Notes: generated from the letters alone by a model not told the origin. 64,000 bases of DNA from Candidatus Cloacimonadales bacterium (GCA_963677495.2 CAXXOU010000004.1:800001-864000); one strand, 5' to 3'; shown: positions 37,115 to 48,500, counted from the first letter of the stretch. Translations and numbers: made by a program.

Positions 37115-37755
37115 TGTTTACAGGGATTATAGAAGAAATCGGTAGAATAAAGAACTTCATAGAGGGCTCTGATAACTGTGTTATAGAGATCTCAGCCGAG
37201 AAGGTCTTAGAGGACTCAAAGCTGGGAGATAGCATCTCTGTAAACGGTATATGCTTAACGGTTACATCTCTAAGCTCAGAAAGTTTCACTGCTGACGTTA
37301 TGCCTGTAACAATTGAGAAGTCTTCATTAAAAGGCATTAGTACCGGAATGGAAGTTAACCTTGAAAGAGCTTTAACTCCCACAACCAGAATGGGTGGACA
37401 CATTGTTTCAGGTCATGTAGATGCTGTGGGAACGATTATCTCAGTTCTACCTCTTGGTAACGCAGTGTTGTACTCAATAGCAGTGAATTCGGATGTAACT
37501 AAGTTCATGATACCGGAAGGCTCAATAGCAATTGATGGGATTAGTCTAACAATAGCTGAGTTGAATGGAAGTAGTTTCACTGTGTCAATCATACCGACCA
37601 CGTTGGAGGAAACAGTTTTGAAGAACAAATCAGTTGGGGATATCGTAAATATAGAGAGTGATGTGATTGGTAAATATGTCTGGTACCAGACAAATAATAA
37701 ACAAAATGAAAGTAAGATAACTAGGTCATTTTTAGCAGAAAATGGATTTATATAG
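37114..37755 (+). CDS. ribE: Riboflavin synthase (alpha chain)
   Basis: MFTGIIEE, GDSISVNGICLTV, VNLERA, GGHIVSGHVD. Confidence 0.97.
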   Translation: MFTGIIEEIGRIKNFIEGSDNCVIEISAEKVLEDSKLGDSISVNGICLTVTSLSSESFTADVMPVTIEKSSLKGISTGMEVNLERALTPTTRMGGHIVSGHVDAVGTIISVLPLGNAVLYSIAVNSDVTKFMIPEGSIAIDGISLTIAELNGSSFTVSIIPTTLEETVLKNKSVGDIVNIESDVIGKYVWYQTNNKQNESKITRSFLAENGFI

Positions 37756-37768
37756 GTTAGGAGTAGAG

Positions 37769-39004
37769 ATGGAAGAGATTAAATTAAACACAATCGAAGA
37801 AGCATTAGAAGATATAAAGAACGGTAAAATCATCATTGTAGTGGATGATGAAGATAGAGAGAATGAGGGTGATTTCGTAATGGCTACGGAGCTTGTCACA
37901 CCTGAAGCAGTGAACTTTATGATTACTCATGGTAAAGGATTGGTATGCGTTTCAATGCCGGAGCAGGAACTTAACAGATTGAACATCAATCTCATGGTTT
38001 CTAAGAACTCCGATTCTTTTAAAACAGCTTTTACTACATCAATCGACCACCTTTCAACAACTACAGGTATTTCAGCTCATGAGAGAGCAGAGACGCTTAA
38101 ACAGCTAACTAATCCTGATTCCAAACCTGCTGATTTCAATAGACCGGGGCATGTATTCCCATTACAGATACAACATGGTGGTGTTTTAGCACGTCCGGGA
38201 CACACTGAAGCATCTGCTGATATGGCTAAGATGGCGGGATTATTCCAGTCAGGTACTATCTGTGAAATCGTGAATCCTGATGGTTCAATGGCACGTCTTC
38301 CACAGATAATGGAATATGCTAAAGAATGGGAAATGAAGGTAGTTTCAGTAGCTATGTTGATAGAATACATTAAAAAGAATGAGATAAAACTTTATTCAGA
38401 AAGGAAATATGATGCAAGATTGCTTGCAGAATCTACACTATCGACTGCCTTCGGTGACTTTGATCTTTATGCATTTGATAACTTTGGTTCTGAAGAACCT
38501 AACCTTGCTTTAGTTAAAGGCAATCCTGCAGAATTTGAAGGTGATGTTTTAGTACGAGTACATTCAGAATGCTTTACAGGAGATATCTTCGCTTCCAAAC
38601 GTTGTGATTGTGGAGCTCAGTTACATGAATCCATGCGTCGTGTTCAAAAAGAGGGACAAGGAATGATTATCTATCTCAGACAAGAGGGGAGAGGTATCGG
38701 ACTTGTGAACAAAGTGAGAGCTTATAGATTGCAGGAGAAGGGTTACGACACAGTTGAAGCTAACCACAAGCTTGGTTTCGCTTCAGATCTTCGTGACTTC
38801 AAATCAGCAGCTGATATCTTGAAGTTCTTCGGCGTAATCAATATCAGGCTCATGACAAATAACCCTTTAAAAATAAAAGATTTAGAGAAATACGGTATCA
38901 AAGTAAAACGTCGTGAAGCGATAGAGATACCTGCTCATAATGGCAATCATCATTATTTAAAAACAAAGAAAGATAAAATGGAACACATCTTAGAGAAAGT
39001 GTAG
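37769..39004 (+). CDS. ribBA: Bifunctional DHBP synthase / GTP cyclohydrolase II
   Basis: [47 protein letters not shown] at 37769 after an AGGAG RBS. Confidence 0.97.
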   Translation: MEEIKLNTIEEALEDIKNGKIIIVVDDEDRENEGDFVMATELVTPEAVNFMITHGKGLVCVSMPEQELNRLNINLMVSKNSDSFKTAFTTSIDHLSTTTGISAHERAETLKQLTNPDSKPADFNRPGHVFPLQIQHGGVLARPGHTEASADMAKMAGLFQSGTICEIVNPDGSMARLPQIMEYAKEWEMKVVSVAMLIEYIKKNEIKLYSERKYDARLLAESTLSTAFGDFDLYAFDNFGSEEPNLALVKGNPAEFEGDVLVRVHSECFTGDIFASKRCDCGAQLHESMRRVQKEGQGMIIYLRQEGRGIGLVNKVRAYRLQEKGYDTVEANHKLGFASDLRDFKSAADILKFFGVINIRLMTNNPLKIKDLEKYGIKVKRREAIEIPAHNGNHHYLKTKKDKMEHILEKV

Positions 39005-39015
39005 TGGAGGATAGA

Positions 39016-39480
39016 ATGGCTAATATTATTGAAGGAAAACTGATTGGTAAAGGTTTAAAGTTTGCGATTGTATGCGGAAGATTTAATGAGTTTATTTCAT
39101 CAAAACTGCTTGGTGGAGCTATGGATGCTCTTGTTCGTCATGAAGTTGGTGAAGCAGATATTGATGTTATTTGGGTACCTGGTGCTTTTGAGATGCCATT
39201 GGCCGCTTTGAAAGCTGCTAAAACAGAGAAGTATGATGCGATCATCTGTCTTGGTGCTGTAATCAAGGGTTCAACACCTCATTTCGATTATGTATCTGCT
39301 GAAGTAAGCAAAGGTATCGCTAAAGTTATGATGGATTTCTCTATCCCTGTAAGTTTTGGTGTATTGACTACAAACACTATTGAACAGGCAATCGAAAGAG
39401 CAGGAACTAAAGCCGGTAACAAAGGCTGGGATAGTGCAGTTAGTGCTATCGAAATGGCTAACTTACTCAAACAGGTTTAA
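39016..39480 (+). CDS. ribH: 6,7-dimethyl-8-ribityllumazine synthase
   Basis: [43 protein letters not shown] before ATG 39016. Confidence 0.97.
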   Translation: MANIIEGKLIGKGLKFAIVCGRFNEFISSKLLGGAMDALVRHEVGEADIDVIWVPGAFEMPLAALKAAKTEKYDAIICLGAVIKGSTPHFDYVSAEVSKGIAKVMMDFSIPVSFGVLTTNTIEQAIERAGTKAGNKGWDSAVSAIEMANLLKQV

Positions 39481-39489
39481 AAGATATTC

Positions 39490-39518
39490 GGGGTGCACTT
39501 GATTGTGCATCCCTCTTT
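39490..39518 (+). terminator. Putative terminator after ribH
   Basis: GGGTGCAC-ttgatt-GTGCATCC hairpin followed by CTCTTT. Confidence 0.5.
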
Positions 39519-39527
39519 GGTTTAACT

Positions 39528-40250
39528 ATGATATTCAATAGAACAGAGATGATATTCGGGAAAGAAGCTGTTGCCCGTTTCAAACAGGTTAAAGTTGCTG
39601 TCTTTGGTCTGGGTGGAGTTGGATCATACGCTTGCGAGAGCTTAGCAAGAAGCGGATTCAGCAGGTTCGTATTAGTCGATTTCGATACAGTCGATAGAAC
39701 CAATATCAACAGACAAAACATAGCCCTGCATTCGACAATTGGTAAGGCAAAGACAGATGTAATGATGGAACGCTTGTTGGATATTAATCCTGATTGCGAG
39801 ATAGAATTTTATAATGAATTTGCTGATATTAATACACGCAATAAGATGCTATCTAATGGTGTAGACTTTGTTGTTGATGCAATCGATAGTTTAAACCCGA
39901 AAGTTGGACTTCTGGAAGATGTCTATAACCTTGGAATCCCAATTATAAGTTCAATGGGAGCAGGTAACAGAATAGACCCTTCTCAAGTAAGACTAAGTGA
40001 TCTTTTTGAATCTCAAGGATGTCCTTTAGCTTCTCGAGTTCGAAAGTATCTCAGAAGAAGAGGCATTTCAAGCGGTATCCCATGCGTTTATTCATCTGAG
40101 AAACCGGTTGAGCTTAACCTGGAGTGCAATGCAAAGAGCGAAGTATCCAGAGGAAGAGCTCGAGTCCCTGTCGGTTCTGTTTCCTATATGACCGCAATCA
40201 TGGGATTGTGGGTGTCATCTTATGTAATTCGTACAATAGCGAATAGATAA
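39528..40250 (+). CDS. tcdA: tRNA threonylcarbamoyladenosine dehydratase (ThiF family)
   Basis: GLGGVGS, TNINRQ, DAIDS, SSMGAG, PLASRVRKYLR, VYSSE. Confidence 0.88.
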   Translation: MIFNRTEMIFGKEAVARFKQVKVAVFGLGGVGSYACESLARSGFSRFVLVDFDTVDRTNINRQNIALHSTIGKAKTDVMMERLLDINPDCEIEFYNEFADINTRNKMLSNGVDFVVDAIDSLNPKVGLLEDVYNLGIPIISSMGAGNRIDPSQVRLSDLFESQGCPLASRVRKYLRRRGISSGIPCVYSSEKPVELNLECNAKSEVSRGRARVPVGSVSYMTAIMGLWVSSYVIRTIANR

Positions 40251-40432
40251 GTAAGGTTTTTTGGCAGAGAGTTTACCTCCTCTCGCTCTGAAAGAGTGAT
40301 TGTTTAATAGCCCCATGCGTGAGCTTGAGGTTGAAATTCGTTATAATGATTAGCCCTGTAGGGGCGTAAGAACTATTTGTTTGTGATATTACGCACCTAT
40401 ATAGTTAATTCTGCTCCCATGCATCTCTCTAC

Positions 40433-40567
40433 TCTCAGCAGTAATCAGTGATTTCAAACTGACTTTAACTTGGTGATAGGTTGGTTAATTCTTAGCAATT
40501 AGGCCAGGAATAGGCCAAGTGTTTGCCAAGGGTTTACCAAGTGTTTCGCAGGAATTACTGCCGAGAT
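40433..40567. repeat. Family-A 11-bp-periodic palindromic element, copy 3
   Basis: CTCAGCAGTAAT...AATTACTGCCGAG; right arm nearly identical to copy 2. Confidence 0.88.
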
Positions 40568-40614
40568 ATAAAGGAGATAAAAGAGAAGATGTAATTCTTG
40601 GGTTGGCAAGTTGT

Positions 40615-41120
40615 CATTAGCTCGAGTCCATTCGATTGAAAGGAGTTCGACTCTATGCGTTCTTTACAGCTTTCGCTTTGCATATGGCTATTTGAACTTA
40701 TACCTCTTCGAGGTTGCATATGTAACAACGTACTGCGACTCTCCTGAGTTGCTGTGACGACGAAGTCGGCAAATTCCACTGACGGGAGATAAATATATAA
40801 TAGTTAACCGGGAGGATTCCAGATTTCCAGTTGACTTCCGGCAAAGTATTTGTTCCGTAGGGGCACAACAACTTGTGCCCTATTTAGCTGTTTATGTTTC
40901 TGGATAAATCCATATCTAAACGTATGTTGTGGATACACCTTAGGGCTTAAGTTGTTAAGCCCCTACAAAAATACTTATAACTCTTCAAGCTATGTGCAAG
41001 TGAGGACACTCGCACTACGTTTTAGCCCTATATGGGCTGAATATGAATAGCCCCGGGTTTTGTGAACCCGGGGTCAAGTACACCCAAAAGACCTTTCGAA
41101 CCCTGAAGGGGTTCAACAAT
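40615..41120. repeat. Array of short REP-like hairpins and shared modules
   Basis: GTAGGGGCACAA..TTGTGCCCTA, TAGGGCTTAA..TTAAGCCCCTAC, CCCCGGGTT..AACCCGGGG, AACCCTGAAGGGGTT; module 40730-40783 also at about 63926-63979; AGCTCGAGTCCAT...GGAGTTCGACTC also near 35144. Confidence 0.7.
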
Positions 41121-41212
41121 CTTATCGGATGAATTAAGCAATTTAAACAACTTTTCCTTGACTTCTATAATTAGCTGTGTTAATGCATATCTAAATCATA
41201 AAAGAGGGAAAC

Positions 41213-42259
41213 ATGAAAAAGATTTTACTCATCTGTTTACTGAGCATTCTGCTATTGGGATTGAAAGCTAACTCTACAATTAATGACATTAGATTCGGAT
41301 ATTATGATTTTGGTACACGTATAGTTATTGAAACCGATAACACAACTGATTATACATACGATGTGATTAGTGGTGACCTTATACTCAGAATCAATTCATC
41401 AATCACAAAAACTGCAAGTAATATCAAGCCTAAATCCAAATTCATTAAATCTTTTAAGATTAGTGATGAAGATGACCAAACTGAGATAACAATCGCTACT
41501 CGCTTGTTTAGACGTCCAAATATCTTTACGCTCTCAGGTAGTCCATATAAGATAGTTGTCGACCTTTTGTGTGAACCATCTAAAGGCAAATATGCAAATG
41601 ATTTGGGTATTGCCAACTATCTCCGTAATCTTGGACTCAGGAAAGCAGCTGACGTAGAGTTTGCAAAGATTGAGAAAAGCAATCCTGATAAGAAAGACTT
41701 TTACTACTATTATGCCCTCAATGATTTAAAGCTCGCTCGAAAGAAAGATGCCATTAAGCATTTTAAGATGGTACCAACTAATGATAGAAACTATGCAGAT
41801 GCAGTAAAGCAACTAAAGAAACTAGGCGTTTCGATTGAACAGAAGAAGAAGGAAGTCGAGCCTGCACCTGTGCAGATAAAAGAGACTAAACCTCTTGAAA
41901 CTGAGGAGATTGTTGAGGTTGAAGAGGAAGTGGTAGAATCTGTTCACGAAGACAGTGATTCAACTTCTGTTGTAGACCCCTCTTTCTTTAAATCTCCGTT
42001 CTGGTATCTTACTCTTGTCATTGCTATCATAGTTATAGGCTCTACAATCTTCTTTTTTGTTAGAAGGAACTCCTTTAAGTCTAAGTTTGATGAAAGCAGT
42101 ATCAAGTTCGATAATGAGCATGACCTTAAGAGTAAGCATGAAGCTATACGAAAGCTATACAATCAGGGTTGGAGCGTTAAAGCTATTTCTAAAGAGCTGA
42201 ACATTGATCAAGATGATGTTTATCTGACTATTGAGGAAGAATCAGAAGGTAAAGCATAG
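41213..42259 (+). CDS. Hypothetical protein: AMIN-like domain, TPR-like helices, TM helix, C-terminal HTH-like domain
   Basis: Signal peptide, INDIRFG...TRIVIE...KIVVDL (AMIN-like), TM FWYLTLVIAIIVIGSTIFFFV, LYNQGWSVKAISKELNI. Confidence 0.7.
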   Translation: MKKILLICLLSILLLGLKANSTINDIRFGYYDFGTRIVIETDNTTDYTYDVISGDLILRINSSITKTASNIKPKSKFIKSFKISDEDDQTEITIATRLFRRPNIFTLSGSPYKIVVDLLCEPSKGKYANDLGIANYLRNLGLRKAADVEFAKIEKSNPDKKDFYYYYALNDLKLARKKDAIKHFKMVPTNDRNYADAVKQLKKLGVSIEQKKKEVEPAPVQIKETKPLETEEIVEVEEEVVESVHEDSDSTSVVDPSFFKSPFWYLTLVIAIIVIGSTIFFFVRRNSFKSKFDESSIKFDNEHDLKSKHEAIRKLYNQGWSVKAISKELNIDQDDVYLTIEEESEGKA

Positions 42260-43219
42260 TTGAGAATTATAATCATTAGAATGAGCTCTTTGGGGGATAT
42301 TATCCTCACGGAGCCTATCACTGCACTTCTTAAGAAAGAGTTTCCTGATGCTGACATCGATTATCTAACTAAACCGGTTTTCAAGGAGCTTGTTTCGCTC
42401 TTCCCACATGTTGATAACATTCATACAGATTACAAGAACCGTGGTTTTCTAAAATCTTTAGGGCAGTATGATTATGCCTTTGATTTACATGGAAAGCTCA
42501 GTTCTGCAATAGCTTTGCATGCTATCAGAGCTACGAAGAAGTTTACATATAAAAAACAAAGACTCTTGAGACAAAAGATAGTGGCAGGAAGAACAGATGC
42601 ATCAATTTCATCTACAAGCAGCTTGTACTTCTCTGCAATTGAACCTGTTATTGGAAAACAGGATATTCCCAATCCAAGTATAACTATTCCTCATATAGAA
42701 GATATCCTTAACAAGACTGATAGACTTCAAGTTGGCATATTCCCCGGAGCCAGTTACAATAGTAAGCGTTGGCCTTCTGAGTATTTCAAGCTTCTTATTG
42801 AAGATTTGATTTCCAAATCAAAGGCCGAAGTCACACTATTAGGTTCTAAGTCTGAGTACGAACTTTGTGAGTCTATTGCATCAATACATCCGACGTATTG
42901 CACTAATAGAGCCGGGGAGTTTGATCTAGTTAGACTTGCCAAGTTTGTAAGTGAGTTTGACTTGCTTATAACAAATGACAGCGGTCCGATGCATTTAGCA
43001 TCTGCTTATGCTAAACCATTAGTGGCAATCTTTGGAGCAACTCACCCTCGTCTTGGCTTTGCTCCTATGAATGATAATGCCGTTGTTTTAACTATGGATT
43101 ATCCCTGTCAACCGTGTTCCTTACATGGGGGAGATGTCTGCCCTTTGAAACACTTTAGATGCATGCAGGACATCTTACCTGATGAAGTATATAATGCCTG
43201 CTTGAAAGTACTGGAGTAA
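42260..43219 (+). CDS. GT9-family LPS heptosyltransferase (WaaF/RfaF-like)
   Basis: IRMSSLGDII, PGASYNSKRWP, NDSGPMHLA, IFGAT, CQPC...CP..HFRCM. Confidence 0.9.
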   Translation: MRIIIIRMSSLGDIILTEPITALLKKEFPDADIDYLTKPVFKELVSLFPHVDNIHTDYKNRGFLKSLGQYDYAFDLHGKLSSAIALHAIRATKKFTYKKQRLLRQKIVAGRTDASISSTSSLYFSAIEPVIGKQDIPNPSITIPHIEDILNKTDRLQVGIFPGASYNSKRWPSEYFKLLIEDLISKSKAEVTLLGSKSEYELCESIASIHPTYCTNRAGEFDLVRLAKFVSEFDLLITNDSGPMHLASAYAKPLVAIFGATHPRLGFAPMNDNAVVLTMDYPCQPCSLHGGDVCPLKHFRCMQDILPDEVYNACLKVLE

Positions 43220-43222
43220 ATT

Positions 43223-44314
43223 ATGTTAAAGAAAATGATAGAGGTCCCCCCCTCCAGAATTATTGAGGTGGGGAATATTATAAAGAGATTATCAAAAGAA
43301 ACAGGCGAGGAATATTTAGCTTTAAATCGTGGAGTAAATGCTGTTGAACCAATAGATTTAAACCAACTTGTTAAGTCTATGGACTTAAATCAAGGTGTAT
43401 TACAGAATTACCCTGTATCACATGGCTCGGAAACATTCAAAAAAGCTGTGATTGATGAATATTTTGATAATAGAACTACTTTAGATATGATAACAGTAAC
43501 AACAGGTGCTATTAGTGCTTTAGATTTAATATTGAGAGTCACAAGTCCAACTACAATCTACTTACCGAAGTTCTTCTGGGGGCCATATCGCTATCTTGCT
43601 GAGTTAAACGGTCACAAAGTGAGTTTCTATCAAGAATTGACAGAATCGTTCGAAAAAGATGCCATTTTAGTGATTTGTGACCCTAATAATCCTACCGGTG
43701 CTAAGTTTGATGACGATTACCTCTATGAAAACTTGGAAAGAATCTCTAACTCAGGAACTATGGTTCTTTTCGATAGTCCCTATCGTCGAATGAGAAAGGA
43801 TAGATCGGATGATTTCTTTAAACGTATCTCTCATCTTGAGAATGTGGTTACAATAGAATCTTTCAGTAAATCCTTAGGGATACCGGGACTTAGGATTGCG
43901 TTCATCAGAACCATTAATCAAGATTTGACAAATGCAGTGAGAACAAGACTTACATACGGCTTTAGTGGAGTTAACATGTTTTCGCAACAAGTTGTAGTTA
44001 AGCTTCTTACGACTGAAACAGGACAGCAAATAGTCAAGCGATTCAAGCAAACAACGAACAATGAAATAGTCAAAAACATCAATTGGCTTAGAGATAACAA
44101 ATTACTTGAGGAATCATTATACACACAGGAACCGGATGGAATCTTTGCAATTGTCAACAAATCGGAAGAATATCTTCTTAGCAAAAGAATTGGGGCAGTA
44201 ACATTAAACTTCTTCACAGCTCTACCTGAGTTAATGAATCGATATTCTAACTGTTCAAGAATCTGTGTATCAGTTCCTCATACTAAATTCGTGGAGTATT
44301 TTAAAGGAGTCTAG
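43223..44314 (+). CDS. PLP-dependent aminotransferase class I/II
   Basis: PNNPTG, DSPY, SFSKSLGIPGLRI. Confidence 0.9.
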   Translation: MLKKMIEVPPSRIIEVGNIIKRLSKETGEEYLALNRGVNAVEPIDLNQLVKSMDLNQGVLQNYPVSHGSETFKKAVIDEYFDNRTTLDMITVTTGAISALDLILRVTSPTTIYLPKFFWGPYRYLAELNGHKVSFYQELTESFEKDAILVICDPNNPTGAKFDDDYLYENLERISNSGTMVLFDSPYRRMRKDRSDDFFKRISHLENVVTIESFSKSLGIPGLRIAFIRTINQDLTNAVRTRLTYGFSGVNMFSQQVVVKLLTTETGQQIVKRFKQTTNNEIVKNINWLRDNKLLEESLYTQEPDGIFAIVNKSEEYLLSKRIGAVTLNFFTALPELMNRYSNCSRICVSVPHTKFVEYFKGV

Positions 44315-44379
44315 CACTCAAATCTCTAATTGAGCAGTATTTTTCTACTTTGTACTCATGCTGTCTTTTCTACCTTTCA

Positions 44380-44575
44380 GCAAACTATCTATCAAAACGC
44401 AGTCATCCCACTGTTTTCCCACTGTGCACGCACTGTGCACCCAGTGAAACAGTGGGTTGGCAGTGCCTTCACAGTGCGTGCACAGTGCAAACACAGTGCG
44501 TTGATGGATAGTGCAGTAAAAGAGAGTAAAAAGGGAATAAAATGTAGCTAAGTTATTGGTAATGGCACTGCGTAT
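44380..44575. repeat. Family-B 11-bp-periodic palindromic element, copy 1
   Basis: CACTG at 44409/44420/44431; CAGTG at 44450/44461/44472/44483/44494; inverted copy at about 63690-63885. Confidence 0.9.
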
Positions 44576-44582
44576 GATATTC

Positions 44583-44815
44583 TGAAGCAGTCACCTGTAC
44601 GACTGAAAGGAGTTTGGGGAATTGCGACTTCGAAGTACACGAATATAACTGATACGCATTTCCCCAAGCTCGAAAACTCGCACTGGTGACTGCTCCTGTT
44701 GTGGGGCGAGGATGAAAACTTATCAAAAGAGGTATAGTAGTGTATTTTAGGAAGTCCGTTGCCCTATCAGGCCGACAAACTCCCTGAAATGCGGTAAGTT
44801 ATTGCGAAATGCAAA
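44583..44815. repeat. Dispersed repeat modules (inverted relative to 63423-63680)
   Basis: TGAAGCAGTCACC...GGTGACTGCTCC hairpin module and GGAAGTCCGTTGCCCTATCAGGCCGACAAACTCCCTGAAA module. Confidence 0.85.
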
Positions 44816-44823
44816 GTATAGGT

Positions 44824-45594
44824 TTACTTCCTAATCATATCGAAGACAATCTTAGCTAGTAGAAGTGTAAGGGCTCCAATAAATACCGGTTTTATTATCT
44901 TATTGCCTTTTTTAACGACAAGATGTGAGCCTGTAAGATTTCCTGCGATACCAAATATAGCAGCTGGAATTGCTAAACTGAAGATAACTTTACCATTTAT
45001 TAGAAACGTGGTTAAAGCTGCAATGTTAGAAGCAAGATTAACAACTTTAGTATTACCATTAGCAATTTTGAAATCATACCTTAAAGATAAGGTATATATC
45101 ATTATAAGAAAAGCACCTGTACCGGGGCCAAAGAAGCCATCATAAAATCCAATTATAAGACCTGCTAAAGAGCCAATAAGCATCTTCTTTAGTTTCGATA
45201 CTTTATGAGAATGATTATCTTTTCCCATCTCTTTTTTAAAGAGTGTAAAGAGAGTCATAGCAGGGATTAGCACTAACAATAAATAGTTAAGAAATGATGG
45301 GTCAAGCCAGAGAACAGTCTTTGTACCTAAAGTAGAGCCAACAAGGGCAAAAACAGCACTTATTAGAGCAACAGGAATATCAATTAAACCATGTTTAAAA
45401 TACTTGGCAGTAGAGAAGATTGTGCCACTACAAGATGAGAACTTATTGTTTCCTAAAGCAAAGTGGGGTGGAAGTCCGGCAGCTAAGTAAGCCGGGACAG
45501 ATATTAGTCCCCCTCCACCTGCAATTGAATCAATCAATCCGGCAAGATAAATCATTGGTAATACAATCAGATATGTAGTGAAAGATAATTCCAT
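44824..45594 (-). CDS. TSUP (TauE/SafE) family membrane transporter
   Basis: AGLIDSIAGGGGLI, GFYDGFFGPGTG, TKVVNLASN. Confidence 0.93.
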   Translation of the reverse strand: MELSFTTYLIVLPMIYLAGLIDSIAGGGGLISVPAYLAAGLPPHFALGNNKFSSCSGTIFSTAKYFKHGLIDIPVALISAVFALVGSTLGTKTVLWLDPSFLNYLLLVLIPAMTLFTLFKKEMGKDNHSHKVSKLKKMLIGSLAGLIIGFYDGFFGPGTGAFLIMIYTLSLRYDFKIANGNTKVVNLASNIAALTTFLINGKVIFSLAIPAAIFGIAGNLTGSHLVVKKGNKIIKPVFIGALTLLLAKIVFDMIRK

Positions 45595-45597
45595 ATG

Positions 45598-48500
45598 TTA
45601 AAACTCCGCTTTTATCTCTAATGTTAGCTTATGCTCAGTGGGGTCATCAGGATAACTATTGCCTGTATAGTCAAGGTTTGCGGAAGTATATTTATTAAAC
45701 TTATAGAACACTTTTAGTGCCCAGTTTGTTATAACACCATCTCGTTTACCGGAATAGTTTGTTAAAAATGATGAGCCGGTACGAGTGTTAGATGTGAAAT
45801 CAAAAGAGCTATTAATCTTAAAGCGTTTATAATACCAAGTTGCAGAAGGACTCACTGATAGGGAAGTTATTTCGTAATCGTCGTCACCGGATTGTTTTGA
45901 ACCTTCCTCTAACTGATAGGAGAGTTGATTTCTTAATATTAGTTTCGTAGATAGTTTCTTCTCAATATCAAGTGATATATTGTTCTGGGAAACGTCAGAA
46001 CTATACTTAGAATCTTTACCATCGGTTCTTCTGTAGCCAAAGTCCCAATCAAGCGTCAGTAAGTCATTCAACCTGATTGATGAATCATATATGGTTTCCA
46101 TAGTCTCAGTAGCATTGTCAAACTCGCTTAAATATCTATTATCAAGGGTTTCGTTTGACTCGTAACTAAGCACTGAGAAACATTTTTTAGGTATTAAATC
46201 CAGCCAAAAAGTTTGTCTTAGAAGTCGATTAGAATAGATGGAAGTGGAATCATTAAAGGTGGTTGAAGGTCTTAATAGATAAACATCCCATCTCTTATCT
46301 GAACGAGAGTTTTCAGTAACCTGAGCATAAGATTCAGATTGAATTCCACTTAATAATCCCTCTTTGAAAAGCGACTTGAAATCAATAAATAGGCTAGTAT
46401 CAGCGTTTAGCTCAATTGATAGCTCTGAATCACCGGAATTAATATATTCATAGTCGTAAAGGAGCTCCTCTTCGAACTCTCCATTCTCATCATAGATACC
46501 TTCCTCTTCTCCAACATATACGAGAGAACGAACTTGTGGATAGAACTCCAAGTTGTTCACTTCATAGTTACAATTAAGGTTCATTGTATTATCAAGAAAA
46601 CCGGTTATTGAGCTTAATTTAACTAAATCAACGTTTTGCTTGTTATCATCAACTTTATCATTCACCTGACTATGGTTATAAAAAAGGTTGAAATGGTAGT
46701 CTTGATAATTAAGACTATGCTGAGTAGAGATAGTGTAGGTATCTTTACTTCTATCCCAATCATTAGATACTGAAAGCGTATCATTTTGTTCTATTCTATA
46801 GCTGGCATTTCCCTGATAATGCTTTAAGTCTTGTGTGCCTAATCCACTAGTGTAGCTAACATATCTGGTTCCGGTTTCGTTAACAACTAATGGGTTCTGT
46901 TTTGATGAGTAGTTTGCATATGCTCCGGTTAAATTGAGATAACGATAAACATAAGATAAAAGGAGCTCATGCCTTTCCGTATCTGACTCTGAATAGATGT
47001 AATCCTCGTACTCCTCTTGAGTTAACAAAAGAGAGTAGTTTATTGAGGGGTTATAATCAGAGATCTGCGAAATACTGGTGCTAAGTTTTGCATAGTTTTG
47101 TGTGAACAGATCTTTGCTATCATTATGTTTAAGTTTAAGGTCAAATTTGAACTTATCAGAAATAGATGTTCCGGCACTTAGGTCATATTCTTTAACTGAA
47201 ACAGTATCAGAAGGTGGAAGATATATCAGGCTATAGCTATCTCCAGCATCTTTAATGTCAGCAAAGAGATCTCTATCTTTACCTAATAGGGTAGCAGAGA
47301 ACGATAGATATGGTGAAACCTTATCCCAATTTGGTTTAACTAGTAACTTACCAAAACCGGACCAACTATCATTATCTGAATCATCCTTTGAGCTAAATGT
47401 ATTTTTATCATAATGAGTATATATAGCTTCTGATGTTACTTTGAACCAATCAGAACCATATTTTAGAGAGAAATCAATATTGTTCTTTAATTCGGGAGCG
47501 TAAAGTTGCTTTAATGGTAACCATTCACCTTCACCGGTTCCTCGATATTCATACACAGAGGGGCTAATCTCGGAATAATCACCTTGTCCTAAACCAAAGT
47601 AGGTAAAGCTGATATCATAAACACCAAGTGTGTCAGAATGAACATAGTAATCTCCTGAATCAGAAAGAACATATTGTCCTAATCCCGAATCGAACGGCCC
47701 TAATACTCCATTTACATATATAGCAGCATCTCCACTATCTTTGAGAGCATCAAGTTCATCATCCGTAAAATCCGTATCAATAGGTTGATTCCTATTATCA
47801 GAACGTGAAATCAAATAAGTATCAAAACGCAGGTTCTCAAAAAGATTAATTCCGGCATTAGCTAGATAGAGGTTCTGATTATACTTCTCGTTGGAGTATT
47901 GAAAAGTAACTCTTATGGAAGTATTGGAGTTCACAATCTTAATAAATGTTATGGAGCCATCTGAATAATCAATAACATAATCACTTCCTCTAGATGCTTC
48001 CACACCATTTATATAAACAACTTCCGTACCCGGGACGATTAACAAATTATATGGATTATCAGCTATTGAAAGATAGTATGGACCTTGCTTACCATCAAGG
48101 CAATTGAAGCTATTCTCAGCATTCTTGGCTTTTGTAACTGCTAAAGCACCACCGGCATTGAAACTAGTCTGATATGATGCTTTGAGTCCCTCAAACTTAG
48201 TAGAGTAGTTAATGAATTTTGTATCAGAATACTCTGATTCCAAGTCACCGAATGCAAGTTCATATTGTTTACCATACAATCTTATATAGATCTCATCTAA
48301 ACTACTAAGCTCCTTAGAATTACCTTCAGGTGAAATTGGTGATTCGCTATCAGATAACTGAGCTTCAATATTAATATTGTTACTTAACTCACCACTAATC
48401 TTAAGAAACAGAGATTGATCTAAATCAACACCTTGATCTCTTGTTACGGAGATTGAGAAAGTCTTAGAACCGGTGATTAATAGTTTGCTATTGCTATTAA

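Noticed and set aside
44330..44551. 73-aa ORF (and 63615-63893, 1209-1412, 17413-17676, 40555-40779) as small proteins or RiPP precursors
   Set aside because: They lie wholly within non-coding repeat elements with 11-bp periodicity, lack an RBS, and occur in opposite orientations in different copies
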